Below, in pieces: positions 1-8,336 of a stretch of 24,000 nt of DNA. This DNA is from Prescottella agglutinans (GTDB taxonomy: Bacteria; Actinomycetota; Actinomycetes; Mycobacteriales; Mycobacteriaceae). Made by a program: the position numbers and the translations under genes. The stretch is taken from assembly GCF_004011865.1 (NCBI RefSeq), contig NZ_RKLP01000014.1, positions 33,226-57,225 of the forward strand. The letters run 5' to 3'. Position 1 is the stretch's first letter. Every line of letters starts with the position of its first letter. The notes under the pieces were generated by a model that had not been told where the DNA came from, did no database searches, and saw only the letters and a program-made list of their open reading frames with translations.

Positions 1-417
1 GAGCGCGAACACGGTCGCGCCCGTCATCTCGTCACCCGCGTTGATCGCTGCCTGGACGGGGGCGGCTCCACGCCACGCCGGCAGCAGCGAGAAGTGCAGA
101 TTCATCCACCCGTGGCGCGGCACGTCGAGGACCGGTCGCGGCAGCAGGTTGCCGTACGCGACGACGGGGCAGGCGTCGGGCGCGATTTCCTGCAGTCGGG
201 CCAGGAACTCCGGGTCGGACGCCGACGTCGGCGTGAGCACCTCGATCCCGTGCTCGTCCGCGAGTTGCCCGATCGGGGAGCGCGCGAGCTTGCGACCACG
301 CCCCGCGACGGCGTCGGGCCGGGTGATCACGGCGACCACCTCGTGCCGCTCGGAGTCGATGAGTCGCCGCAACGACGGCACGGCCGGTTCGGGCGTCCCC
401 GCGAAGACGATCCGCAT
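1..417 (-). CDS. fmt: Methionyl-tRNA formyltransferase, N-terminal part (3' end runs off the left edge of the window)
   Basis: Absent from the ORF track because there is no stop in the window. The reverse complement from 417 reads [63 protein letters not shown]...[36 protein letters not shown]. The [11 protein letters not shown]-terminus and the HFSLLPxxRGAAPVQ core are typical of Fmt. GGAGG (428-432, minus strand) lies 10 nt upstream of the ATG. Confidence 0.9.
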   Translation of the reverse strand, partial: MRIVFAGTPEPAVPSLRRLIDSERHEVVAVITRPDAVAGRGRKLARSPIGQLADEHGIEVLTPTSASDPEFLARLQEIAPDACPVVAYGNLLPRPVLDVPRHGWMNLHFSLLPAWRGAAPVQAAINAGDEMTGATVFAL

Positions 418-536
418 CAGCGCCGGACCTCCACTCGGTCTGGACGGGTGAGCGGGCGGGTGGTCACAGAGTTCACGAGGGCGGCTCCCGGAGCGTCGAA
501 TCCCGGCGGTGCCGGAAGAAGGTTCACCCCGAGATT

Positions 537-2252
537 CTACGGAGCGCTCCCCTCCCCGGTCAGCGCCGCCTGCACCCGTGCGGTGTCGTCGTCGGACCAC
601 CCTTCCGGCTGCAGAATTCGCGCCCACATCCCGGCCGCTTCCGGGCCGTACGAATGACCGTGCCCGGCCGGGACGTCCGCGGAGAACACCATGTCGAGCG
701 TCACCTGCCAGAAGGTGACGAACGGCATCCACGTCATGTTCGGGTCCACGTCGCGGCCCCGCGGTTCCTTCAGCCAGTCGGGCTCGTTGAAGAGCAGGCT
801 CGGCGACCACCACACGATGGGGTCGCTCGCGTGCTGCCAGTACACGATCCGCCGCGGCTTCCACGGCGTACCGAGATCGAGGTCCTCCGGGTCCGACGCG
901 AACCGCACCGACGCGCCGTCGTCGACGACGGGCAGGATCTCGGGCGAGCCGGAATCGCGGGCGGCGGTCACCTCCTGCCACTGGGGCGTGAAGTTCGGGG
1001 TTCCCACCCACAGACCTCCGTCGACGCGCGCGGCCATGTCCTGATAGCCGGCGAAGGCATTCTGGCCGCCGTAGGAGCCGAGGCTCTCGCCGAACACCAC
1101 CAGCTTCGGCCTGGTTTCGACGGGAAGATCGATCCACCGCGCGAACACGGCGTTGAAGAGGGCCCGTCCGGCCACCTGCGGGGTCTCCCGGTCGGCGATG
1201 AAGGCCAACGGGCTCGGCAGGAAGGAGTACTGCATGGACGCGATCGCGGTGTCGCCCGCTTCGATGAACTCGAGCGACGACGCCACGTCCTGGTTCACCC
1301 AGCCGCGGCCCGTGGTCGTATTGACCGCGAGGACTTTTCGTTCCCACGCCTTCGTCCGATCCAGTTCCTCGACGACCAGATCGGCGACGCCTGCGACCGA
1401 GTCCGCCGACTCGCGGCCGGCATAGACCCGGATCGGCTCCTCGGCGGGACGTCCGGTCACCGCGGTGATGTCGGCGGCACTCGGTCCGCGGCCGACGAAC
1501 GTGCGCCCCTCCTGCCCGAGGGTGTCCCACGCCTGCGCGGACGCCGGCGACCCGCTCCGTTCGGGCACGGTCGGCTGTTCGACGCCCTCCGCAGTCGCGG
1601 TGTCGGCACCCTTGAAGCTCCAGTTCGCGAAGGCGATCAGGCCGTTGTACAGCGCGCCGTTGACGACCAGGACCGCGAGCACGACGACCACCACCAGTCC
1701 CGCCACGTTCGCGGCGGGGCGGGGCACCACGCGCCGGGCCACGGCGATGAGCCTGCGGGTCCCCAACCGGATCCCCCGCGACGCCTCGAGCAGGACGAAC
1801 CACACCACGAGAGCGATGAGAGCCACCAGCAGGGTGTTCGCCTGGTTGTTGCGCTCGATACCGACGAGGTCGCGGACGTAGTTCTGCCACACCGCACCGA
1901 GCACCAGGAACACGGGGACGAGGATCACGGCGGCGGCGCCGAGGATCCACCAGCCGATCCGCCTGGTACGCGCCGACCACGCCGGTTGCACGCCGCACGA
2001 GCGGACCACCCACGCCGCGAGACAGCCGACGCCGTATCCCGCGGCCACCGAGATGCCGGTCGCGACACCCTGCAGGTACCAGGCCCGGGGCAACAGCGAC
2101 GGGCTGATCGACCACGTGAAGAAGACCAGCGCCACCGCCAACCCGACGGGGTTCGCACGGCGCAGGTAGGCCCGGAGTCCGGCCCAGCGGCCGGAGTCCG
2201 CCGGAGGCGGGTTGGCAGAGCTGTTGTCGGCCCGCTCGGGAGCTATGGTCAT
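537..2252 (-). CDS. Membrane-anchored alpha/beta-hydrolase family protein (multi-TM N-terminal half, hydrolase C-terminal half)
   Basis: ORF track 537..2888 (-). I trimmed the start to the ATG at 2252 ([12 protein letters not shown]...) because the upstream ~210 codons are Arg/Pro-rich and overlap the divergent small gene. There are several hydrophobic segments ([75 protein letters not shown]). The C-terminal half has a GESLGSYGG nucleophile elbow (GxSxG). Confidence 0.8.
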   Translation of the reverse strand: MTIAPERADNSSANPPPADSGRWAGLRAYLRRANPVGLAVALVFFTWSISPSLLPRAWYLQGVATGISVAAGYGVGCLAAWVVRSCGVQPAWSARTRRIGWWILGAAAVILVPVFLVLGAVWQNYVRDLVGIERNNQANTLLVALIALVVWFVLLEASRGIRLGTRRLIAVARRVVPRPAANVAGLVVVVVLAVLVVNGALYNGLIAFANWSFKGADTATAEGVEQPTVPERSGSPASAQAWDTLGQEGRTFVGRGPSAADITAVTGRPAEEPIRVYAGRESADSVAGVADLVVEELDRTKAWERKVLAVNTTTGRGWVNQDVASSLEFIEAGDTAIASMQYSFLPSPLAFIADRETPQVAGRALFNAVFARWIDLPVETRPKLVVFGESLGSYGGQNAFAGYQDMAARVDGGLWVGTPNFTPQWQEVTAARDSGSPEILPVVDDGASVRFASDPEDLDLGTPWKPRRIVYWQHASDPIVWWSPSLLFNEPDWLKEPRGRDVDPNMTWMPFVTFWQVTLDMVFSADVPAGHGHSYGPEAAGMWARILQPEGWSDDDTARVQAALTGEGSAP

Positions 2253-2357
2253 GCGCCGAACGATAGATGCCACACCGAGCGGTCTGTAGACCTGACCCCG
2301 GCACGGCGTGTACACCGGAACTGCGGGGCACTCCCGCGGCACCGTTCGGAGGTGGAC

Positions 2358-2564
2358 ATGTCCGGCATCGCGAGCAAGTTCGACAAGGCATTCGAGTCCA
2401 GGTCGGTCGACGACCTGGCCGACGCGCCCGTGACCGCACTGCGGGGGCTGAGCGAATCCGACGCCGAGCACCTGCGGGCCGCATTCGGGATCAGCACGGT
2501 CCGCGATCTCGGCACGAACAGGTTCTTCGTCTGGGCCCAGGCGATCGCCAGGCTCGCCGAATAG
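2358..2564 (+). CDS. Small hypothetical protein (68 aa), function unrecognised
   Basis: This is the tail of track ORF 654..2564, read from the ATG at 2358 ([68 protein letters not shown]). GGAGG at 2349-2353 sits 4 nt upstream. The composition is protein-like, unlike the Arg/Pro-rich upstream part of the ORF. It is divergent from the hydrolase gene. Confidence 0.55.
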   Translation: MSGIASKFDKAFESRSVDDLADAPVTALRGLSESDAEHLRAAFGISTVRDLGTNRFFVWAQAIARLAE

Positions 2565-3023
2565 CCGACACCGGCGCCCGCGCCTTTCGGATCGTGCGGG
2601 GTCCCGGCGCGCCCGCCTCGGCGGCACACCGCAGCACGCGTCCGTTACCACGGATTCGCCCGCAATCTCGCGCGCCACGCCGATCGCCCGGCTTCGGATT
2701 CCCGCGATTACCGCGCGTCGGCCAAATTCTCGAGGTAGCTTTCCACTCACCCGCTGCCCCAGCACCCCGGCAGTACCGGGCATCTCGGAGCCACCCCGGA
2801 ATACCGGTGGCTTCTTCCTGATCACTTCACCTTCGCAGTCAGTCCGCGCCTGCCGGACCGATGAGCAAGGCCGGCTCCGGACACCCATTCGCGCGACACC
2901 ACTTGTGCGACTTGATTTTCCGAGATTCTTCCTCGCTCACGACATGCGCACTTCGCAACGCCGCGAACCGTACGCTCCACCACCGGTCCGAGCACACTCG
3001 CCTTCTCGGTAAGGGGTATCGCA

Positions 3024-4361
3024 ATGCTTTTGGGGGATACGAAGCCCGGCAACGCCGGCACCGCCCACACGGGCCTGCTCGAAAAGAGCTATATCGCAAC
3101 AGGATTCAAGTTCGACGTGGCGATCGTCGGTTTGGGGTACGTCGGACTACCGACGTCGTTGGCCTTCCATGCCGCCGGATGCAGGGTCCTCGGCATCGAC
3201 GTCAGCGAGGAACGACTCGACGTCGTCCGACGACAACGCGCCGATCTCGTCGACGCGGATCGTGAGCGCCTCGCCCACGCACTCGAGGACGACGGTTACG
3301 AGACCACCAGCGACACCGCGCGCCTCGCCGAGGCCGCCGCGGTGATCGTGTGCGTACCCACCCCGGTCGACGAGCACCTCACGCCGGAACTCGGGATCCT
3401 GCGCAGGGCATGCAGGTCCGTCGTCGAGCATGCCGTTCCCGGCCAGGCGCTGATCCTGACGTCCACGACCTACGTGGGCAGCACCCGGGACCTGCTCGCC
3501 ACCGAACTGAACGCGCGCGGCTTGACGGTCGGCACCGACGTGTTCGTCGCCTTCAGCCCGGAGCGCATCGACCCGGGCAACGACCGGTTCACCCACGAGG
3601 AGGTTCCGCGCGTCGTCGGAGGCGTCACGCCGGCGTGCACGGATGCCGCGACCGCGGTTCTGCGCCGCTACACGAAGAACGTCCACGGGGTCGATTCGAC
3701 CGACGCCGCCGAGATGACCAAGCTCGTGGAGAACACCTTCCGAGCCGTGAACATCGCGCTCGCAAACGAATTCGCGGAGATCTGCCGATCGCTGCGTCTG
3801 GACGTGATGGGCGTGATCAACGCTGCGGCGACGAAGCCCTACGGGTTCATGCCGTTCTTCCCCGGGCCGGGGGTCGGCGGCCACTGCATCCCGTGCGATC
3901 CGCACTACCTGCTGTGGCAGTTGCGCAAGAAGCGGCTGAGCACTCCGCTCATCGAGCAGGCGATGAGCGGCATCGCGGCCCGACCCCACCAGGTCGCCGA
4001 ACGCGCCCGGCAGACGCTGTCCGAACACGGCCGCGGGATCGTCGGCGCACGCGTCCTGGTCGTCGGCATCTCCTACAAGCCCAACGTCGAGGATCTGCGG
4101 GAATCGCCGGCGTTGGAGATCATCGCCGAACTCGTCGAGATGGGCGCGGACGTGCGGTACCACGACCCGAACTTCCCGGTCCTGACCCTGTCCGACGGCA
4201 CCGTCCTCACCGACGTCGCCGACCCGGGAGCGTTCGAGGCGGATCTGGTGATCGTCCACACCGTGCACGACGAGGTCGATCTCGGCTGGCTCGAGACGGC
4301 ACGGGCGGTCCTCGACACCACCTACCGACTGGATCGCGTTCCGAGTCGAGTCCCGCTGTAG
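3024..4361 (+). CDS. Nucleotide-sugar dehydrogenase (UDP-glucose/GDP-mannose dehydrogenase family; possibly a UDP-N-acetylhexosamine dehydrogenase of TviB/WbpO/WecC type)
   Basis: It has a Rossmann motif VAIVGLGYVGLP, a catalytic-Cys motif GGHCIPCDP and the C-terminal signature ISYKPNVEDLRESPA. AAGGGG (3011-3016) lies 7 nt upstream of ATG 3024. An in-frame GTG at 3117 (MAIVGLGYVG) is an alternative start. The substrate cannot be assigned by eye. Confidence 0.85.
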   Translation: MLLGDTKPGNAGTAHTGLLEKSYIATGFKFDVAIVGLGYVGLPTSLAFHAAGCRVLGIDVSEERLDVVRRQRADLVDADRERLAHALEDDGYETTSDTARLAEAAAVIVCVPTPVDEHLTPELGILRRACRSVVEHAVPGQALILTSTTYVGSTRDLLATELNARGLTVGTDVFVAFSPERIDPGNDRFTHEEVPRVVGGVTPACTDAATAVLRRYTKNVHGVDSTDAAEMTKLVENTFRAVNIALANEFAEICRSLRLDVMGVINAAATKPYGFMPFFPGPGVGGHCIPCDPHYLLWQLRKKRLSTPLIEQAMSGIAARPHQVAERARQTLSEHGRGIVGARVLVVGISYKPNVEDLRESPALEIIAELVEMGADVRYHDPNFPVLTLSDGTVLTDVADPGAFEADLVIVHTVHDEVDLGWLETARAVLDTTYRLDRVPSRVPL

Positions 4362-4393
4362 CGAACGCCCCGAATCCGCGACGAACGAAGGGA

Positions 4394-5404
4394 ATGCGCA
4401 CGATGAGAACCACAGTCACCGGAGGGGCCGGATTCATCGGCAGCCACCTGGTCGAGTACCTCCTGCGGCAGGGAGACGAGGTGGTCGTGCTCGACGACCT
4501 GTCGACCGGGCGACTCGCCAACCTCGCATCGGTTGCCGACGCCGACGGTTTCCGCTTCGTGGAAGGGTCGATCCTCGACCGCGCCACGGTCGACAGCGTG
4601 ATCGCGGGCACCGACCGGGTGTTCCACCTCGCGGCCGCGGTCGGCGTCCGGTTGATCGTCGACCGCCCGCTGGACAGCCTCCGCACGAATATCCACGGCA
4701 CCGAGAACGTCCTCGACGCATGCCGCTCCGCCGGATCCGTTCTGCTGCTGGCGTCGACGAGCGAGATCTACGGGAAGAACACCTCCGATGCCCTGTCCGA
4801 GGAGTCCGATCGAATCCTCGGTTCGCCCCTCACCGCTCGATGGACGTACGCCGCCGCGAAGGGGATCGACGAGGCGTTCGCCCACGCGTACTGGCGCGAG
4901 TTGGGACTGCAGGTGGCGACAGTTCGCCTGTTCAACACCGTCGGCCCGCGGCAGACCGGCCGATACGGGATGGTCGTCCCGACGCTCGTCGGACAGGCAC
5001 TGCGAGGCGAACCGCTCACGGTGTTCGGGGACGGACTGCAGACCAGGTGCTTCTCGTTCGTCGAGGACGTGGTGCCGGCGATGGTCGCAATCGCCGAGGA
5101 GCCCGCCACGTACGGTCAGGCCTTCAACCTCGGCGGGGCGCGTGAGATCTCGATCCTCGAACTCGCGGAGCGGGTGATCGAGGTGCTGGGCTCCGACAGT
5201 CCGATCACTCTGGTGCCGTACGACCAGGCGTACGCCCCGGGGTACGAGGACATGCGTCGGCGGGTGCCCGACAACCGGCGGGCCCGCGAACTGGTGGGCT
5301 TCGAACCCGTCACGCCGCTCGACGAGATCATCGTGCGTGTCGCCGCGGGACTGCCGGAGACGGACGCGCACGCGGTCCGTGAACAGGTGGTGGCGCGCCG
5401 ATGA
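4394..5404 (+). CDS. NAD-dependent epimerase/dehydratase (extended SDR; nucleotide-sugar 4-epimerase or decarboxylase type)
   Basis: This is the C-terminal part of track ORF 3350..5404. It reads MRTMRTTVTGGAGFIGSHLVEYLL (GxxGxxG) and has a YAAAK (YxxxK) catalytic motif and LFNTVGPRQ. Start is ATG 4394 or ATG 4403; 4403 has better spacing to GAAGGGA at 4386-4392. The stop overlaps the next gene's start (ATGA at 5401-5404). Confidence 0.85.
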   Translation: MRTMRTTVTGGAGFIGSHLVEYLLRQGDEVVVLDDLSTGRLANLASVADADGFRFVEGSILDRATVDSVIAGTDRVFHLAAAVGVRLIVDRPLDSLRTNIHGTENVLDACRSAGSVLLLASTSEIYGKNTSDALSEESDRILGSPLTARWTYAAAKGIDEAFAHAYWRELGLQVATVRLFNTVGPRQTGRYGMVVPTLVGQALRGEPLTVFGDGLQTRCFSFVEDVVPAMVAIAEEPATYGQAFNLGGAREISILELAERVIEVLGSDSPITLVPYDQAYAPGYEDMRRRVPDNRRARELVGFEPVTPLDEIIVRVAAGLPETDAHAVREQVVARR

Positions 5405-6465
5405 CGCATCGCCTCACGCGCCGGGAAGGTCCACGGACGTGCATGACCGTCGCGCTCGCGGCGACGGCCGCGCTCTCGCAGCTCAATTCGGACGCCTACC
5501 TCGCCCGTCCGCCGGAGCTGCCGCTGGTGATCGGTGCGATTCCGTACTGGGACCGGAGTGCCGCACTGATGTCGACGTACACCCACGTGCGATACCTCGA
5601 CATCGTCTCGCCCTGGTCGTACTCGGTGGCCGCCGACGGGACGGTGGCGGCCACCTCGGGATCGGACCTGGATGCCGACTCCGCGATGGCGACCCGGCTG
5701 GGCGCCAGCAACATCCGAACCATCCCGACGATCACGAACACCACCGCCGGGGAGTGGGATCGTGACACCGTGGCATCGGTCCTGTCGGATCCGAGCCTGC
5801 GTGGCGCGCACATCGACGCGCTGACCGCGCTGGTCCGCGAGCACGGGTTCGACGGGGTCCAGATCGACTACGAGAATCTGCTGTCCGCGGATCGTGTCGG
5901 CTTCTCGACGTTCGTCGGCGAACTGGGCGCGGCACTTCACCGGATCGGCCGGGTCCTCCACGTCGCCGTACACGCCAAGCCGAACGACGCCGGCTACGGG
6001 CCGCACAACGAGGCGCAGGACTACGCCGCCGTCGCCCGCGGCGCCGACAAGGTGATCGTGATGGCGTACGACCGGCACTGGGCGACGAGCACCGCCGGGC
6101 CCATCGCTCCGTACGACTGGGTCGAGGAGGTCCTGCGGTACGCGATCACGCAGATCCCGCGCGAGAAGCTGGTACTCGGCGTCGGGTTGTACGGCTACGA
6201 CTGGGTCGGTTCGTCCGCCACTCCCCTCACCTGGACCCAGGTGATGTCGATCGCAGCGGCGCAGAAACCCCTGCTGTCCTGGGACGAGACCAGCAGGTCG
6301 ACCCACTTCGCTTACATCCTCGACGGCATCCTGCACGAGGTCTGGTTCGAGAACGCGCGCAGTGTCGAGGCCAAGATCGACCTCGCACGCCGGCACGGGC
6401 TCGCGGGTGTCGCGCTGTGGCGCCTCGGCGGGGAGGACCCGTCGATCTGGGGACTCGGCCCGTGA
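5401..6465 (+). CDS. Glycoside hydrolase family 18-like protein (chitinase/cortex-lytic-like) with variant catalytic motif
   Basis: ORF 5401..6465. FDGVQIDYE aligns to the GH18 DGxDxDxE motif: Glu and the adjacent Asp are kept, and the middle Asp is replaced by Gln. MAYD, GLYGYDW and GVALWRLGGED are typical GH18 barrel strands. The gene is translationally coupled to the epimerase. The start could instead be ATG 5443 (MTVALAATAAL). Confidence 0.8.
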   Translation: MTHRLTRREGPRTCMTVALAATAALSQLNSDAYLARPPELPLVIGAIPYWDRSAALMSTYTHVRYLDIVSPWSYSVAADGTVAATSGSDLDADSAMATRLGASNIRTIPTITNTTAGEWDRDTVASVLSDPSLRGAHIDALTALVREHGFDGVQIDYENLLSADRVGFSTFVGELGAALHRIGRVLHVAVHAKPNDAGYGPHNEAQDYAAVARGADKVIVMAYDRHWATSTAGPIAPYDWVEEVLRYAITQIPREKLVLGVGLYGYDWVGSSATPLTWTQVMSIAAAQKPLLSWDETSRSTHFAYILDGILHEVWFENARSVEAKIDLARRHGLAGVALWRLGGEDPSIWGLGP

Positions 6466-6525
6466 CCGTCGAGGCGACCTGTCGATCGACACGACCCTGT
6501 TCCCACCCGCATCGGAGGATCAGCC

Positions 6526-8313
6526 ATGTGCGGAATCATCGCCTGCCGGACCGCCGGTCCGGCCCTCGACTATCTGCTGCCGGCCCTGAAGCGACTCGAG
6601 TACCGCGGCTACGACTCCGTCGGCGTCGCGGTCCGGACCGGTGACGGCGACATCGCGCGACTCCGGACGATCGGGCGGATCGGCGCGCTCGAACAGCAGG
6701 TCACGGAGTGGTCCGGCCCCGAACTGGACGGACTCGGGATCGGACACACCCGCTGGGCCACGCACGGCGGCGTCGACGAGCAGAACACCCACCCGCATCT
6801 CGACTGCACCGGGCGGATCGCGCTGGTGCACAACGGAATCATCACCAACGCCGACGAACTGGCCCGGGAGCTCCGTGCGACCGGCCACCGGTTCACCTCC
6901 GAGGTCGACAGCGAGGTCGTGGCACACCTCGTCGAGGACGATCTCGCGCTGTCGGGTGACCTGTTGACGGCGGTCCAGCGGACGGTGGAACGCCTGTCCG
7001 GGTCGTGGGCGCTCGCGGTACTCGAACAGGGAACCGGACGACTCGTCGCCGCGGCGCATCGCTCACCGCTGCTGATCGCCCGCGCCAACGGCGGCGATTT
7101 CGCCACCAGCGACGCGGCCGCGATCTCCGACTGGGTGGACGAGTTCCGCCCGCTCGAGGACGGCGACGTCGTGGAACTCGGCGAAACCTTCACGTGGAGT
7201 CGCCGCGGGCAGCGGTGTGCGCCTCCGCCGATCACCCGGCACACCTGGAATCCGACCGACATGAGCCTCGGCCGGCACACCGACTACATGAGCAAGGAGA
7301 TCGGCGAGCAACCCCAGGTCGCGGCGCGCCTGCTCGGACAGATCGGCGGTGGGGTGGCCGACGGATCGCTGTGGTCCGGGCTCGGCCTTCCCGACTTCGA
7401 TCGGCTGCGGGTGATCGCGTGTGGCACGTCGCTGCACGCGGGTCAGGTGATCGGCAACTGTGCCCGCGGGATCGGCGGGATACGTCCCACCACGACGGTC
7501 GCCAGCGAGACCCTCCGGGAACCGCTCGAGCCCGGCACGCTCACCCTTGCCATCAGCCAGTCGGGCGAAACCGCCGACGTACTACGCGCACTGGACCTGC
7601 AGGCACCCGGCGATGGCCCGGTACTCGCACTGACCAACTCCTCCCATTCCACCTTGGCGCGTCGCGCCGACGCGGTCCTCCCCTGTTCGGCCGGACCCGA
7701 GATCGGCGTGGCCGCCACGAAGACGTTCGTGTGCCAGGTCATCTCCGGTGTCGCACTGGTGATGTCGGCGATGGTCGCCAACGAACGGCTCTCGCCGGAC
7801 GCCGCCGCGCGCCTGATGCGGGCGCTCAACGGCGCCCCCGCACGGCTCGCAGCGGCAACCGAGACGGCGGAACGACTCATCCCGCCCCTCGTGGACGAGT
7901 TGACCACGGCGACAGGCTTCGTGTTCCTGGGCCGCGGTGCCGGCGTCCCCTACGCCGCCGAGGGCGCGCTCAAGCTGAAGGAACTGACCTACCGCTGGGC
8001 GGAACACCATCCGGCGGGCGAACTCAAACACGGGCCGCTCGCGGTGATCGAACCGGGGACCCCGGTCGTCGTCGTCGACCACGGAGACGCGCGGCTCGAC
8101 GCGAACGTCGCCGAGGTCCGCGCCCGCGGCGGACGCATCATCAGCATCGGCACCGAGGGGACCACGGTTCCCGTGCTGCACCCCGGTCCGGCTCCGTGCG
8201 GACCGTTGGAATCCGTCGTCCCGATGCAGGTCCTCGCCCGCGCACTCGCGCTCGCGCTCGGACGGGACGTCGACAAGCCCCGCAATCTCGCCAAGTCAGT
8301 GACCGTCGAATGA
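6526..8313 (+). CDS. glmS: Glutamine--fructose-6-phosphate aminotransferase (isomerizing), cluster-embedded copy
   Basis: It has the MCGIIA N-terminus (Cys2 nucleophile) and RLEYRGYDSVG. SIS-domain motifs CGTSLHAG and AISQSGETADVL are present, and the C-terminus is the canonical KPRNLAKSVTVE. GGAGGA (6514-6519) lies 6 nt upstream of the ATG. Confidence 0.92.
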   Translation: MCGIIACRTAGPALDYLLPALKRLEYRGYDSVGVAVRTGDGDIARLRTIGRIGALEQQVTEWSGPELDGLGIGHTRWATHGGVDEQNTHPHLDCTGRIALVHNGIITNADELARELRATGHRFTSEVDSEVVAHLVEDDLALSGDLLTAVQRTVERLSGSWALAVLEQGTGRLVAAAHRSPLLIARANGGDFATSDAAAISDWVDEFRPLEDGDVVELGETFTWSRRGQRCAPPPITRHTWNPTDMSLGRHTDYMSKEIGEQPQVAARLLGQIGGGVADGSLWSGLGLPDFDRLRVIACGTSLHAGQVIGNCARGIGGIRPTTTVASETLREPLEPGTLTLAISQSGETADVLRALDLQAPGDGPVLALTNSSHSTLARRADAVLPCSAGPEIGVAATKTFVCQVISGVALVMSAMVANERLSPDAAARLMRALNGAPARLAAATETAERLIPPLVDELTTATGFVFLGRGAGVPYAAEGALKLKELTYRWAEHHPAGELKHGPLAVIEPGTPVVVVDHGDARLDANVAEVRARGGRIISIGTEGTTVPVLHPGPAPCGPLESVVPMQVLARALALALGRDVDKPRNLAKSVTVE

Positions 8314-8336
8314 TCGACCGAACCGGAAGGAACAGC

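Noticed and set aside
654-2357. Plus-strand ORF (636 aa) antisense to the membrane hydrolase gene.
   Set aside because: Only its last 68 codons (2358-2564) look protein-like and have an SD. The rest is antisense to a well-supported gene and is Arg/His/Pro-rich.
6466-6525. Possible glmS ribozyme or riboswitch upstream of the cluster glmS.
   Set aside because: The gap is only 60 nt, too short for the ribozyme, which needs well over 100 nt. None of the conserved core is recognisable.
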